From the NCBI GenBank assembly GCA_008632985.1, contig QPGO01000065.1, positions 62,001 through 126,000 of the forward strand: DNA of 64,000 nucleotides. Direction: 5' to 3'. Each line of letters begins with the position of its first letter. Position 1 is the first letter of the stretch. Both the position numbers and the translations under genes were made by a program. The notes beneath the pieces were generated by a model, which saw only the letters and a list, made by a program, of their open reading frames with translations, made no database searches and was not told where the DNA came from. Positions 37,373-49,989 of the stretch are shown one piece after another. The stretch comes from Psammoneis japonica. Its lineage: Eukaryota.

Positions 37373-39399
37373 ATTGTTAGAATGACTTTCTTCGAAGAAA
37401 CGTTTTATGACTTCTATATAAAAAACAAACCAGTTTTAATTAAAAAAATATAAATTATCATATACCGGTTTGGTGAATGATACCGACTTTCAATCGCGAT
37501 TTGTCGTACAGAACGAAGCGGTCGGCCCATCTGACCCAAACACTGAAGTGCAGCTACTCTAGTAGACGAGGAGACGACTAGAGCTTCATGGGCTGACACT
37601 GGTACTAACTCAGATTCCGCCGCTCTATCAAATAATGCAGTACGGCTAGACAAGCCCTACGTCGAAACTCGATGCGAAATCTCCAATCCAAATCAGTCAC
37701 CACCACGACAACGGACGTTTCTCCATCTTCGATGTGGGTCCATTCCTCTTGGAGAACGCGTCAGCGTGCAACACTCTGTAACGACAGAGAACGCTCACCA
37801 AGAAGCAACCACTTTGCCACGGATCGATAATGATGGCGAACCCCTGAATATGGACGAGGACATGGTTAGAGTGGAACTCAGTGGCCAAGCCATCATCAAC
37901 CATTGCCGAATCTCTATCAAGGCTCCATCGGAGTCATTACAGCAAGGTTTTGACAGACCTGGAGCAAGCACCCCAGGACAGTCTGTATTTCAATACTTGC
38001 GTTAAGAAAGTGTTGGGGGGGGGGGGGGGGTGTGTGGCAGCTACTCGCAAAATCTGGAGCTTTGAAATCCAAATCTTTGCCGTCCACCCTGCGGATGGAT
38101 GAACGGGATCCTCCTTTTGCTGGCATGTCCGAGATGCAGCTTGACGATTCTTCTGTTGCTGCAACCATGTCTTCGTGAGGGAGAAGTGCTCTTTCAGTTT
38201 TAGCAGCAATGCAACAAAGGATCGACTTGACTATGACAGACTCGAGCTTTCTTTATCGCGAGCCAGAATGTACCTAGGGGCATCTCGATCGAAAAGCCAT
38301 GCCTCGCCTTTGTCCTCAAAGCTTGACAGATCGAGGAGGTGGATCAACAATATAGCTCCGCGATGGTTCCGATAATAAATGAGGATTCGGAGAATGAATC
38401 TTCACAAGTCGGCGGGAGCATGTCTCAAGGCTTTGCCCAGCATTCGGACAACAGCTTTGTCTATACGCAAGTAACACATTTTAAGCAGTGCTTGGATGAA
38501 CATGATTTTGAGTTATCACAAAGCAACAAAGAGCCGTTAGCAAGAGCCGACGAATATCGATACCGAAACTAAAAATCTACCGCGGTGTACGAACGACACG
38601 GAAACGTGCAGCTACTCATCAATTACAAAGGCATGCTCCCAGTAGCGTAGACGAGGCTACAATGAATAACACATAGGGGCTAAACTCAATCGAGGTCGCA
38701 AAGATCAATGAGCATGTGAAAAGTCGAGAATTAACAGCAAACTTCATCCAGAGGACATAGCGAAGGAGTGTTTGGAGGCGGCAAAGTGAAAAGCTGAAGA
38801 TACAACGGCAGATACGATCGACGACGCATCGTTAGGACCATGCTTCTTTTCACCCGCGGATCGACAGTCCAGGACAAGTGTTTCTGCCAAGCGCCTCGCT
38901 AAAGCCAGCCAGTTGTTGAGGAACAAAAGGACAGATACTACAAAATAAATCGCCTCAACCCAACCCTCCCAAGGAGAACAAGTCTGAGCACCCCGCACCA
39001 CCATCAGTCCAACCCATAGCCACGGCACGAAAGCAGCACTCCTTCGCTCCATTCTTTTATGGCAAACTGCAAGAAGTCTAGAATATTACTCTTTAGCAGA
39101 GAGAACGAAGCGTGCAGAACAAATTCAGGCTAGCAAGAGCATAAACGGCAAATCGCATCGTCCGAGGTCATGAAGGACGTAGGGAAGCTACTGTTGCAAA
39201 ACGTGCAAGTACGACTACCATTATTATGAGGCGAAACGTACTGCCCCACATCTGCAAGGAAGGAAAGCTTCAAGAGGCGACCACCTTGATTCCTCTGATG
39301 CCCATTCCGAGCATATGCATGAGCATTGCTTGGCCGCAGCCGCCCCACGAAGCGCCCAGCCCTACCAATGATTCTTGGCTTTGCGACATATTGTAAGAA

Positions 39400-40260
39400 G
39401 CTATAGTGAGTGTCTCGGTGGTGAGTATCGCACAGGCAGGGCAGCCACTAGCTGGAAATGGCGCTACTGAGACTTCTTTGGGCTTAAGCGGAACCTTGGA
39501 ATGCGCGCCCCTGTCTCCACAAACTGGTTTTGCAACAGGTGAAAAGAAGTTAAAGATGCCTGTATCTGTATCGACTCTCCAGAATGCGCAACAACTGCCA
39601 GTGATAAAGAGTTTCATAGATAGGCCTTCGGACACGAGTATCGCCAAGAAAAACGCGTCCGTTCCTCCATTTGTCGGGTTTTCGAGTTCTGGTAAGAATG
39701 CTGCAATACGTGTCTCGTCGGCCAGCCTTGAATAGGCAGGACAGCTACTACCGGTATCAAGACAGAGCGCAGCGGATAGTTCTGTGGACACAGGCTGGTC
39801 TTGGAAGGTGCGCAATTTTCGCCACAAACTAGTTTTGCGGTAGCTGGATCGAATCAAAGATACTCTAGTAGCTGTATCTGAAATACGTCTTGAAAAGGCA
39901 TGACAGCCGCTAGCGAGAAAGAGTGACTCAGACAGGCCTTTGGACACCGATCGTGCGTCGCTTCCTCCGCTTGGTAGCTCCACTACCGCAGTTAAGAACT
40001 CTGCCATAAGTGTCTTGGCGGCACTTCGTGAAAAGGCAGGACGGATACTTTCGAGTAAGAGTGCGATGGATCCTCCATAAGCCTCTACCGGTAGCAGCAC
40101 TAAGGGAGATTTTCTTCTTTCTCTCTCTGGCGTCGCCATAGCTGGTGTGAGGTCTACAACATTAGTCTCGGCACAGAGCCTCGAAAAGGCAGGAAAGTCG
40201 CCAGGGACGCGAACTTTGCCACGCATTTTCACCCCCTCTCCCTCCCCAGCCACCTTCGCA
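39400..40260. repeat. Degenerate ~150-bp coding-like repeat (about 6 units)
   Basis: GAA(A/T)AGGCA(G/T)GA core near 39730, 39892, 40030 and 40183, with weaker copies near 39430 and 39580; recurring PAFSR-like motif in ORF 39270-40286. Confidence 0.55.
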
Positions 40261-42050
40261 ACAGCAGGGTACAACTTCACGATCACTTAATTATCAGGGA
40301 GCCTTGAAGAGAACGGGGAGGTATTAACGAGCGTGAGTGGAACAGAAGATATGGAATCAGACTTAGACTCAAGCAGAAGCAATGTTCGCTGCCACCGCCG
40401 CTGAGGAGAATTTTACGACTCATAATGATTCGGTCGGAGACCCTCCGACTCATCCAGAGGTAGACGTTGATTTTTTGATTTCGCTTCGAGGTACTTGGTT
40501 ACTCGTGAGAAAGAGGAAGCATCCTTCTTGCTCCAGAGTCTTGAGAGCGACAAGGTAGTATCTTCTCAGTTCCTCACAGCTGCCAAATACCGCGGAGTGT
40601 TGTGCACCGGGTGCTAGTACTTCACCGTCGGAGTTGTCTCCTTGATTGAACGGAACAAAGACACTGATAAGAGACCGCGTTTCCGATATCTCGGAACAAC
40701 TCTTTTCCTGCATCATGGCAACATTTGCCACGTGTTGTGTTGGCTCTCGCAAAGCCATCCAAGCCACTTTGGAATCTCGCCACGTTCATGCATCAAATTC
40801 GATTGCTGCTCTCAACATCAACAACAACCACTCTTGTTGTTGTTGTTGTTGTTGCCAACAAGCTCTCGCTTTACCTTCCAACACTCTAGACGATCTTTGT
40901 ATTTCTGTTACATTTCAATTGCAACACAAACACATAAAAAATTCGTCACTCTACTCGTTTCGTCTACTCCACCTCGTCTTCGACGGCCTCACGCAGGCCG
41001 TGCACGCAACACACGGGTTACGCCAACAGCAAGGATATGCTCCAACTCCGAGAGCAAAAACGACACTGAGTCGTAGCAATACGACAAGTTCTACTCCAAC
41101 TACTTCTCCCAGAGCATCATCCAAACCAATGGAAATCGAAAATGGAAATTGATTCCAAACGGGTGGCGACGCCATAAGCCGTGAGAAAACCATCAATATT
41201 TCAAAGCCGTGATCGCAACAACGTGGTAAGCTGGATTTGTATTCGGAATGTCCCAAGATTGATTCGTCGCTAGCGGGTAGTTTCATTATTAATGCTTCGT
41301 TGTCCGCCGAAGAATGCCTTTCTCTGCTTATTGATGCCATGCAGGTGCAAGCCGGAACACTCTTTGTTCTATGTCGTCGAAGAGGTCAAATGAGTTAGGC
41401 GTATAGATAGCCGCGCCACCGCGTGAATGGCTACTACTTACGAGCCATTCATGTATGGCAGCAACGCGGCAATGGACAGGGCGGCGGCTAGTGAACTACC
41501 TATGCATGCAGCGTTCATGAAAGCATGGACTGCGAAAAGAGGAAGCACGTGAGAACGTGTCGGGTCGATCGATCTACCGTTCATGAAAACATGCTTACTC
41601 GCAGCTGGCTGAGTGATTGATTCGTCTTCCTTGTCTATCTTCCAGATCGTGAACATCCCCAAGAATGTTCTCCATCCAACAAACGGATTTGTGCGTACGG
41701 CCCTACAATTCATTCCATACCTCCGAGGAGAAGCACATAAATATTTTAATGTAGACCTTCTCAGATGGACAATTCAGACATGCAGATACCTCAGGTATGG
41801 GCTGATGAGGATGTTTCACTTCTCTTTTCGCGTAAGACATTCTCTTGGCTGTGTCGTAGTCACCACCTTTATTATAAACTGTGCGTTTCGTCCGAACTAA
41901 GGATCACACGTTGCAACTAGATGCGTCTCAGTCTTTCATAATATCTAGGTCTAGTATTTTTTAGCTTCTATGGTGTTTGTAGAAGTAACAATTTCAAAAT
42001 AGCAATACCCATATATGATGCACGTTGTCGTGTCTCCCATGTTATAGCCA

Positions 42051-43324
42051 CTACTTGTTGTCCATTGCACCAGAAGGTAAAACAGCCGCCCCACCAGCGC
42101 CGGCACCATAAGACATGACGCAGCCGTTTGTGTCGTTGACGGCGCTTTCGGCAACTGGCGGTGGCGCATTGTTTGTGACCCCGAAGCCCGAAGGAGCATG
42201 CGGGGGCTGATTAGCCGCAGAAGGGGCCGCCATAGTACCACCAAAAGGATCAGTAGCCACAGGAGGAGGGGCCGCAACAGCAGCACCAAAAAGATCAGTA
42301 GCCACAGGAGGAGGGGCCGCGATAGTCCCACCAAAAGGAGCAGGCGGCTGCTGATTTGCCGCAGGAGGGGCCACCACAGTCCCACCAGATCCAGTCGACG
42401 TATTCGGCACGCCAAAAGCCAGCCCAGAATTGTTGGACTGGTTTGCGGCGGCGGCAAAAGGCTGAGCCACCGGCACCACAACACTTTGTGGCAGATCAAG
42501 GCTGTATTGTGGAAAGAACAACACATCGCGAAAAGCATAAAACAGTCAGAGACATCGACAGAAAATAACAGCAAAGCAACACAAGTCACAGAAATGACTC
42601 ACTCGCGGGCATAAAGGACGAAGTTGTTGACGGTATCCACGAAGTTACTCGCCATTGCAATAACGTCGGCCGATGACGCCGATAACGCCGGTGAACCGGG
42701 TGGTACAGGCGTGCCAAGACGGCCTGTCGTGTTCACTTGCGGCGACTGATGAGCGTAGAACGGCAAAGCTGGAGGCCGCCCATCACCAGCGGGGTATGGA
42801 TAATATCCGTCATGAACGGCGATTGCCGGCTGAGGAACGAAGAGCGGCAAAACCGGAGGCCGCCCACCACCAGTGGGGTATGGAGAATATCCGTCATGAA
42901 CGGCGATTGCCGGCTGAGGAACGAAGAGCGGCAAAACCGGAGGCCGCCCACCACCAGCGGGGTATGGAGAATATCCGTCATGAACGGCGATTGTCGGTCG
43001 AGGAGCAAAGATCGGCAAAACTGGAGGCCGCCCACCACCAGCGTGGTATGGAGAATGTCCGTAAGAAGCGGCGATTGCCGGTCGAGGAGCAGAGACCGGA
43101 AAAGCCGGCGGCCGCCCATCACCAGCAGGGCGTTGAGAGTGTCCGTAGATAGCGGCGTGCGCAGCAGCCATGGCCGCCGCTTCTTTTTTTTTCTTCACTC
43201 TCTCTCTGTATCGCGTGTTCGTCGCATTCTTCTTTACCCGGGCAATCTCCGCAGCCGTTTCTCTCTCCTTTTTAGTCTTCTTCTTTCTCCGTGGCTTGCT
43301 CTGTGGCTTGGAATCCTTGGCCAT
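42051..43324 (-). CDS. Two-exon gene (~390 aa): basic N-terminus, 28-aa Pro/Gly-rich repeats, Ala/Pro/FG-rich tail
   Basis: Exon 1 43324-42603, GTGAGT...TACAG intron 42602-42502 (101 bp), exon 2 42501-42051. Splicing keeps frame (722+451=1173 nt). Confidence 0.75.
42750..43150 (-). repeat. 84-bp coding tandem repeat, 4-5 copies (YSPYPAGGGRPPVLPLFVPQPAIAVHDG)
   Basis: TATGGA anchors at 42795 and 42879 and onward; visible in the translation. Confidence 0.9.
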
Positions 43325-43599
43325 TGTCTGCCGTACGACTACAAGTCGTCTTCGTTTTTCTGTTTGTCGTGCTCAGTCGTTTTCAAGTTTTTTTGGTTTT
43401 TTTGTGTCAACGTTGCACAGGCTCTGTGAACGTTGTTCGCTGATAAAATAATTTCTCCAATCTGAATACAATTATTTATTTCTGAATCATCGTAGAATTC
43501 TACGACCTTGGTAGCAACTTTCAAATTTGAAAGGGACTGAGAGAACGGATTTAAGAAGTGTGACGTCACAACCCGAACTCCCTTTGCCACGACAGCCAA

Positions 43600-46230
43600 C
43601 ACAAGGGCCGGTCAAAAGCAGAGGGCTCCAAAAGCCCGCCCCTCTGCAAAAACTGTCAGAACACTGCTTCATGTCAGATGCACATTGATGATTGGGGCTA
43701 AAAAAAGCAAGCACAAACAGTCCGTCCAAAATGTGGAATGGCTCCCAGACAGGGCCCAGTAACCTCAAAACTGCAGAGGGCACGATGAGCATGTTTTTGA
43801 GACAACACGGTGCTGAGAGGGGTCGCGAGGGGTTGGGGGGCCTTGGCCAATGGGCAACATTGTTGAAAAGACAAAGAACCCACTTGTCTGTGACACTCTC
43901 TTGACAAAACATCTGGAGCAAGCCTCAACTCCACAGAGAGAAGAGAAGCCCACCTCCATGATGTTGGTGCCAAGCCTGCCAGACTTTTGAGAAAGGTGTC
44001 TGGGATGTTTGCAAGTTGGGCCAAAGTCAAGCAGCAAACATGGACCAGGTTGGACAGCACATTGCAGTCAAAGCTGTCATGGTTTGTGTTGGTGGCTTGG
44101 AAGTCAAAGGTGTGTGCATGGAGCAAGCCAAAGCAGGCTTCTTCAAAGGAGGTCAGGGGCTCACATGACAGGGGTCTTCTCTGGGAGCTGCGCAGCTTCA
44201 AGATGAGCACAGACTCCTTCTTTTCAGGGGTGCCCTAAGGAGCATCTGCAAAAAAGAGAACAGTGACTTGATGCTTTGCAGCATCAGCCATCATCTTTGA
44301 CCCTTTCCAGCACCACTCATGATGCTTGACAGCAGCGGGCATGTGGGAGCACCATCTTTGTGATCTGACGACACTCACTTGGCTTTTGCACAGAGTGTTT
44401 TGTGCTCAGCAAAGATGGCGCAGGGCAGCCCATTCACATCTGGTGCCTTTGATCAGGCAACAGCTGAGCAAAGAATTTTCCAGGCATCTTCACTCCTCCT
44501 TGCTGTGTCGCTGATTCTTTGAACATCCTCCTGCCTCCACAGCTTTGATGTGGAATGAACAATTTGGTGATTTCCACACTCTCAGCACCACAAAGACAAA
44601 ATGTGTGCCAGCTTCAAAACAAGAAACAGGAGAATTGGCCATGAGTTGATGACACATGAGCCCACCACATCACTTGACAAACTCAATCAACTTAAAAATT
44701 CCATCTTTTTGGTGAACTTTCAAAAATGATTTCCCCAGTGACAAGTTCCGTGACATGCAATGAAGCCAAGCCAATGCCATTCCTTGTTGAACAAACATGT
44801 GAAACAAATCAAGAAGTGAGAAAATCAGAGGAAAGTTTGTTGAGATGTCATCTGCTGAAAAAACCCATCGTGCTCATGGCATTGTGGCGTTGCTGTTGTG
44901 ATGTGTTTTTCTGTTAAAGTGATGGCCGTTTCTGTCTGGCTTGACACTCGTCCTGCCTGTTTTCTGCGCATGGTGTCATGGTGTGCACTGGCAGGAGAGA
45001 ATTGTCATTCCAGTGGTCAGAAACAAAAAAGTGGGCTGTGCAGCTGCTCATGTGCCATGCACACCACACTGGTCATGACCAGCCACACAGGGAGAACAAC
45101 AACGCTTTGCTGTGTTGACCCCAGTCAGACTGAGGGCAGCATGGCTGCCTCTGAGTCATGACTGCAGATCAAAGTGATCATGTCATTTTGGTGTTGCAGC
45201 CAGAACCTTCCACACAATTTTGACATCAACGACATCATGGATGCATGACAAAGCTTCAACATGGTGCATTTTTTGCACACACAAATGACACTGGCATGAT
45301 CCCAGATTCTTGATTTTCTGCCACTCTTCTCTCTCTCTCCAAGGAGAGATTTCTGCACATCTCTTGAAATGCAAGACAACACCAAATCAACCATGATGAT
45401 GCTCAGCAGGATGCAACAAGTTGGAGGCACATTTGCGAGGCCATCATCTCTGGCCATGAGATGGCTGTGCCACAGGGTTTGGGAGTGGCAGTGCCTCCAT
45501 GGTGGCTTCCAGGGGGCAACTGGTGAATGATGACTGAAACAGTGCTCAACCCAGTGGATCAGAATGCTGTCCACAATGGCGCACTCATGTTTGACCCAAA
45601 GAAGGATGAGTTCAGGGGACACTGTGAGTCCAGGGATGTTGCCAATGACAACACTCTCTGTGCACCTTGTTGCACAGGAGAAGGTGCACAACTTTGTGAT
45701 CCACCAGTCATTTTGAGAAAAGAAAAAGCAAGATGGCAAGCAGAGGCATGGAGAGTCAGTGCCAAAGGGCAATTTTGATGCAGCAGATTTTTGCAAGATT
45801 CTTCATTTGTGCCAGACATCTGGAAAATGTTGTGGCTCTTGTTCAGAGCTCATGTTCATTTGCTGAGAATCCTGTTTTCTTGCCAAGTCCTCATCAATTC
45901 TGTGTGAAAAGAATTTGGCAATCATCTCAACATGCAAAGCCGGACTCAATGCTTGAGATGAAGGAGCGTCATTGTGCGCACGTGATCTTGACAATTGCCC
46001 GCTGCCGCCAATTTTGAAATCTGTTGACAACCAAAATGACCCTCCAAGCAGCAAACAACAGCTCATGAAACCTGTCATTTTCCACTGTGTCTTTCTCAAC
46101 AAGTGCTCATTTGCAACAATTTTCCACATTGTTCAGTTCTGACAACAATGATGTTCAGACGCGTTCCAGCTCCAGGTGGGACCTCGCACTGCTGAACTGT
46201 GACATCAATGGTTTTTTGGATCGCGTCGTG
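43600..46230. other. Heavily decayed TE-like DNA depleted of TpA and CpG
   Basis: Composition switches at about 43560; no assignable domain. Confidence 0.55.
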
Positions 46231-46238
46231 TGTCGCGC

Positions 46239-49200
46239 ACTGCGTGTGACATTCTACGAAATTGTTTCATGCTCCCTGTTTTGCGAAGCCCAAAGGCTTT
46301 CTATTTTCAACATTTGTGAGAGTGAAAATGCGCTGGGCACATTCTTTAATGTCTGAAGAATGTGCCCGGGCAAACTGTCTGTGACTGGATTTGTTGTGAC
46401 ACTCCTTGGTGCAGAAATGTGCGCAAGCTGGCACAAAATCAAATGTGCTCTCTGATGATGACAGTGATTGTCATGTTGACGTCACAAAAATGTCCCCGTA
46501 CAAATTACACTGTGGCTGCGCGATTTTGAAAATTTGCTCCGAAACTCACTCCAAGATCGCAGCTGCAACCTCGTTCGCTGCAACCTTGTTCTCCGCAACG
46601 CAGCGAACGAACTTGAGCTCGAAATCAAGAGCACATCGGTGCGTCTTGAACGTCTTGATCATCTTGTCAAGCGCAACAGGTCCAAATTCGTGGACCCTCT
46701 CCGTGTCCTCCACGCATCCATTGTCAACAACATGGTGAGCTTGAATGTGCTGTCTTGCGCGTTTGGCAAACTTGCGAATGCGTTCTAGCATCAACGCCTC
46801 CTCCGACAAGCAACAATCAACTGATTTTTTGAAATTGTCTTTCCCTTGTTTCTGTGACAGGTTGAGGTTTCGACACTGACCCTTGGAGCATGCCCAGAGA
46901 CATTCCATGCCTTCTCCCGCCAATTCGGCATGGCATTTTGGAGTCAAGATCACTCTGACCCCCAGCAGCTTCGCATGATGCTGAAGTTGCGTTGTTTCAT
47001 TCGCAAAATCTTTGCAGGAGGCAAGTGGTTCTGTGGGCTCAGCATTTTCCTTGTGGCTCCCATGCTTGTCCTTTGTCCCTCCCTTTCCATGTTTTGGGCT
47101 TGCATCAATCAAACCACATTCAATCAAGACTTGCAGCAATCATCCTTTGGGCTTGCCCACCCAACCAGGTGCCATCTTTGGAACGGTCTTCTTTGCAGGA
47201 ATGCCGGCTTTTTCGCAATCTTCTTGCAAATCCTTTTTGGTTGCACCCTTGAGAACCGCATGGCTTGCATCATTTTGCTTCAGATCATTTTCCAGCTCTT
47301 CTCTGAGCTTGTCAACGGTCTTAATTTCGCTCGTCACAATGTCGTGCTTTCATCGCTGTCGTTCTTCCGGAGCCATGAGGTGAGGCCCTTTGTCTTCCTC
47401 CTGGAACACCATTGCTTGTGTCTCACCACTTTGCAATCTGTGAGCATTGTCGTGCTGTCCAATGCATTTGTCTGTGAGCCTGCTTGCTCTCATTTTGCAT
47501 TTCCCGCCCCAGCCCAGGTTCATCTTGTCAACCGATGAGCCGTCCTCCCTCTGCTTCGCACGACAGTCTTCCAACTGTGTCACCATGTGATTGCAGTTCC
47601 AACAGCCTTCGTCGTTGGAGCCGCACTCGAATTTCACCAGGAACGGGCTCTTCTCCAAGTCCTTCTTGTTGCTTGATTTCCTGGCTTCCTTTGCTGCTTC
47701 CTCGTCACTGCACTTGGTTCCACTTCTCTTTTCATTGACTCGCTTGAGCAGCTCCTTGTCGAGCTCACGCAACAAACCAAACTTGCTAGATGTGAATGGA
47801 GATGGCATGACACCCAGACCTTCGTCTTTCGGGACAAGAGCCGTCTCGCCATTGGGTCCCACCCACGCCTTCTTAGTCAACAGGAGCTGTTTGTAGATGG
47901 CCTCATCTTGTCCCCACACAACAACAGGCTTTTCACCAGTGGGAAAGCAGAAACTCAGATGGCCGCCACACTGCCTTGCATTCAAGTCGTCCGATTGCGC
48001 AATCATGTCACGGAAACTGCTGCAGTTGTCCACGTGAAACTCGACAGACACATCACCATCACGAGTGAATGCAGAGCTTTCACCCCGATGCGGAACCAAT
48101 GATTGGTTCATGAGCTCGATCGCCTCGTCCAAGGGCAATTGAATCCACCGGTGGCACCTCTTCTCCAACTCAAGATGCTCCTTTGTGAACTTCTTGCGAC
48201 GCGACTTTGTGGAGGGCTTCTCGTGACCATCGACATGAAATCCTTTCATTCTGTTTGTGTGTCTAAATCCCAGGAGACGCATCCAGCGTGCTGCTGCAGA
48301 AATGGAAAGTGAGCGGAGTTTGTGCTGTTTGAGAAACAAACTCTTGGTTTCTTCCTCAGCAGCTTCCTCTTCTGCACTGAGCGTGGGAGACTCACCCACA
48401 GAATCCATGGCTTGTTCAAAGTTTTTGTCATCCACCACCACGACGTCTTTCTTTGCATTTGGCATGAGAGCCGGTGTGATTTTTTGGTGGAGGCACTCAT
48501 GCATCAATTCGACCAACAGTTCCTTCAAGTTTTTGATTGCATGTCAAGCAAAAGCATTCTTAACCTCAGGATTCTTGCTGAAGAAGGATGGAAGCTGTTG
48601 TTTGCCTCAGTTGTGGCTTTGAGGAAAGCAATCACCGGCGTTGGCCAAACGATGATGCCACCGCTGAACCGTCTGCCAGTTGGATGTGGCCGTGATGCCA
48701 TCTTCTTTCAGTCTGGTGACAGCATGTTGACAACACTCACCCCAACTCATGTTGCCTTCAATCTCATTTCCTTTGCCTTTGAGATTGTCAAGCACCGTCT
48801 GAAGCGCCACCATGATGTGTGGCGCACGATGCCTCATGGTGACCTTCTCACAGTCGGTGGTCACATTGTTGTCATCCTGATCAGGCAACACAGATTTGCG
48901 TCCTTGGGCATTGTTGACAACAGCTGATAGAGTGTCGATTCTGTCTTGCACAGCCGCCTTTACATTGACGTCAGATGGGTGAACAGAGGGCAGAGCAAAG
49001 ATGCGATGGGCTCGGGTGGAATCCCAATGGTCAAATCGTGGTAGACTGTCTTGCCTGGCGGACTCCAAATCTTCAATGGACATGTTGTCATTTTCATTTT
49101 CATTTGAAACACGTTGCTTTTTCTTTGCTCGCCGTGCCTTCTCCATGTTCTGGATGTCGGGATCCATCTCCGAATGCTCTGTGAGCATTTCTGCTTGTCG

Positions 49201-49987
49201 TGCTGAGTCTCTCCCAATTTGCTTCCGGGCCGCCCCACTTTGCAGCCAAGCTTCAACACTGTCATTCCCAGTTGTTGGAGGACAAAGACAGCTGGGAACC
49301 CCAACAGTGACAAGAAAGAATGTGTGGTTGCCTCGTTTGCCATCAATCTGACAACTGCATTCTGTCTTGTGCAGACTCACGCCATCGCCGACAATGTCGT
49401 TTGTTGTTGTCACGTTTGACACTCCAGCTCGGTTTTTGTGTGTCTTCTTTATCTCTCTGCCCATCACACGGAGATCTTCATTGGAAAAACCAAATTTAGC
49501 ATTGCAACATTCCGCCCAGAGGTCCACCAGCATCCAACAGTTGTGAAGACGCTTGTCCCTGAAGACGAGTTGCACGTGTGCTTGGCAACGAATGAATTTC
49601 TGACGTCGCTCATTGTGATTTTTTATGTTGCGGGGCAGAGGGGGCTTCACTGGTCGCTCTGTGCCATGACATGAAAAGTCATGGGTTTTGGGAAAATGGT
49701 GAGCATCATCGTCGAGCGACCGGGTGCGTGACAATTCTCGTGCTTTTTGTTTTCCCGCCAACAAAACGAACTTCAACTTGATGACGTGTTGTGCCAATTA
49801 CGCAGAAATCTGCTCCAAATTTCTGAGACACGAGTCCAGCCACACGATGAACTTCAAGTGTGAAGGAGGAGACACGTTCGTAAAATTGCCTCTTTTTCTG
49901 TTGGCGATCATTTACATTGTCATTGCAGGACAAATTTGCTGGAAAAGCTCGCACGCAGAATTCTGTGGGCCCGATGTCACACGGAGT
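46239..49987 (-). mobile_element. IS630/Tc1/mariner-superfamily DNA transposon nested in older decayed DNA
   Basis: Candidate TIRs ACTGCGTGTGACAT (46239-46252) and revcomp of 49974-49987 ACTCCGTGTGACAT (13/14) bracket the transposase. CpG is retained inside but lost in both flanks. A TA TSD is not cleanly recoverable. Confidence 0.6.
46546..49797 (-). pseudogene. DDE transposase (ITm-like), disrupted by TGA stops and an internal deletion
   Basis: GFHVDGHE, WGQDEAIYKQ, VPKDEGLGVM, GWVGKPKG*LQVL, TPKCHAELAGEGMECLW (PKxHxELxxxE motif) across ORFs 48607-49797, 47350-48528, 47140-47337 and 46546-47139. Confidence 0.8.
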
Positions 49988-49989
49988 CC

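Noticed and set aside
38014..38030. Long G homopolymer (also 56163-56174) as a regulatory or G-quadruplex element
   Set aside because: Simple homopolymers of uncertain length with no supporting context.
40812..40855. (CAA)n/(TTG)n short inverted microsatellite hairpin
   Set aside because: Low-complexity; such juxtapositions arise by chance.
34480..41900. Several coding-looking fragments in the host island
   Set aside because: Interrupted frames and no motif I can assign with confidence; needs a homology search.
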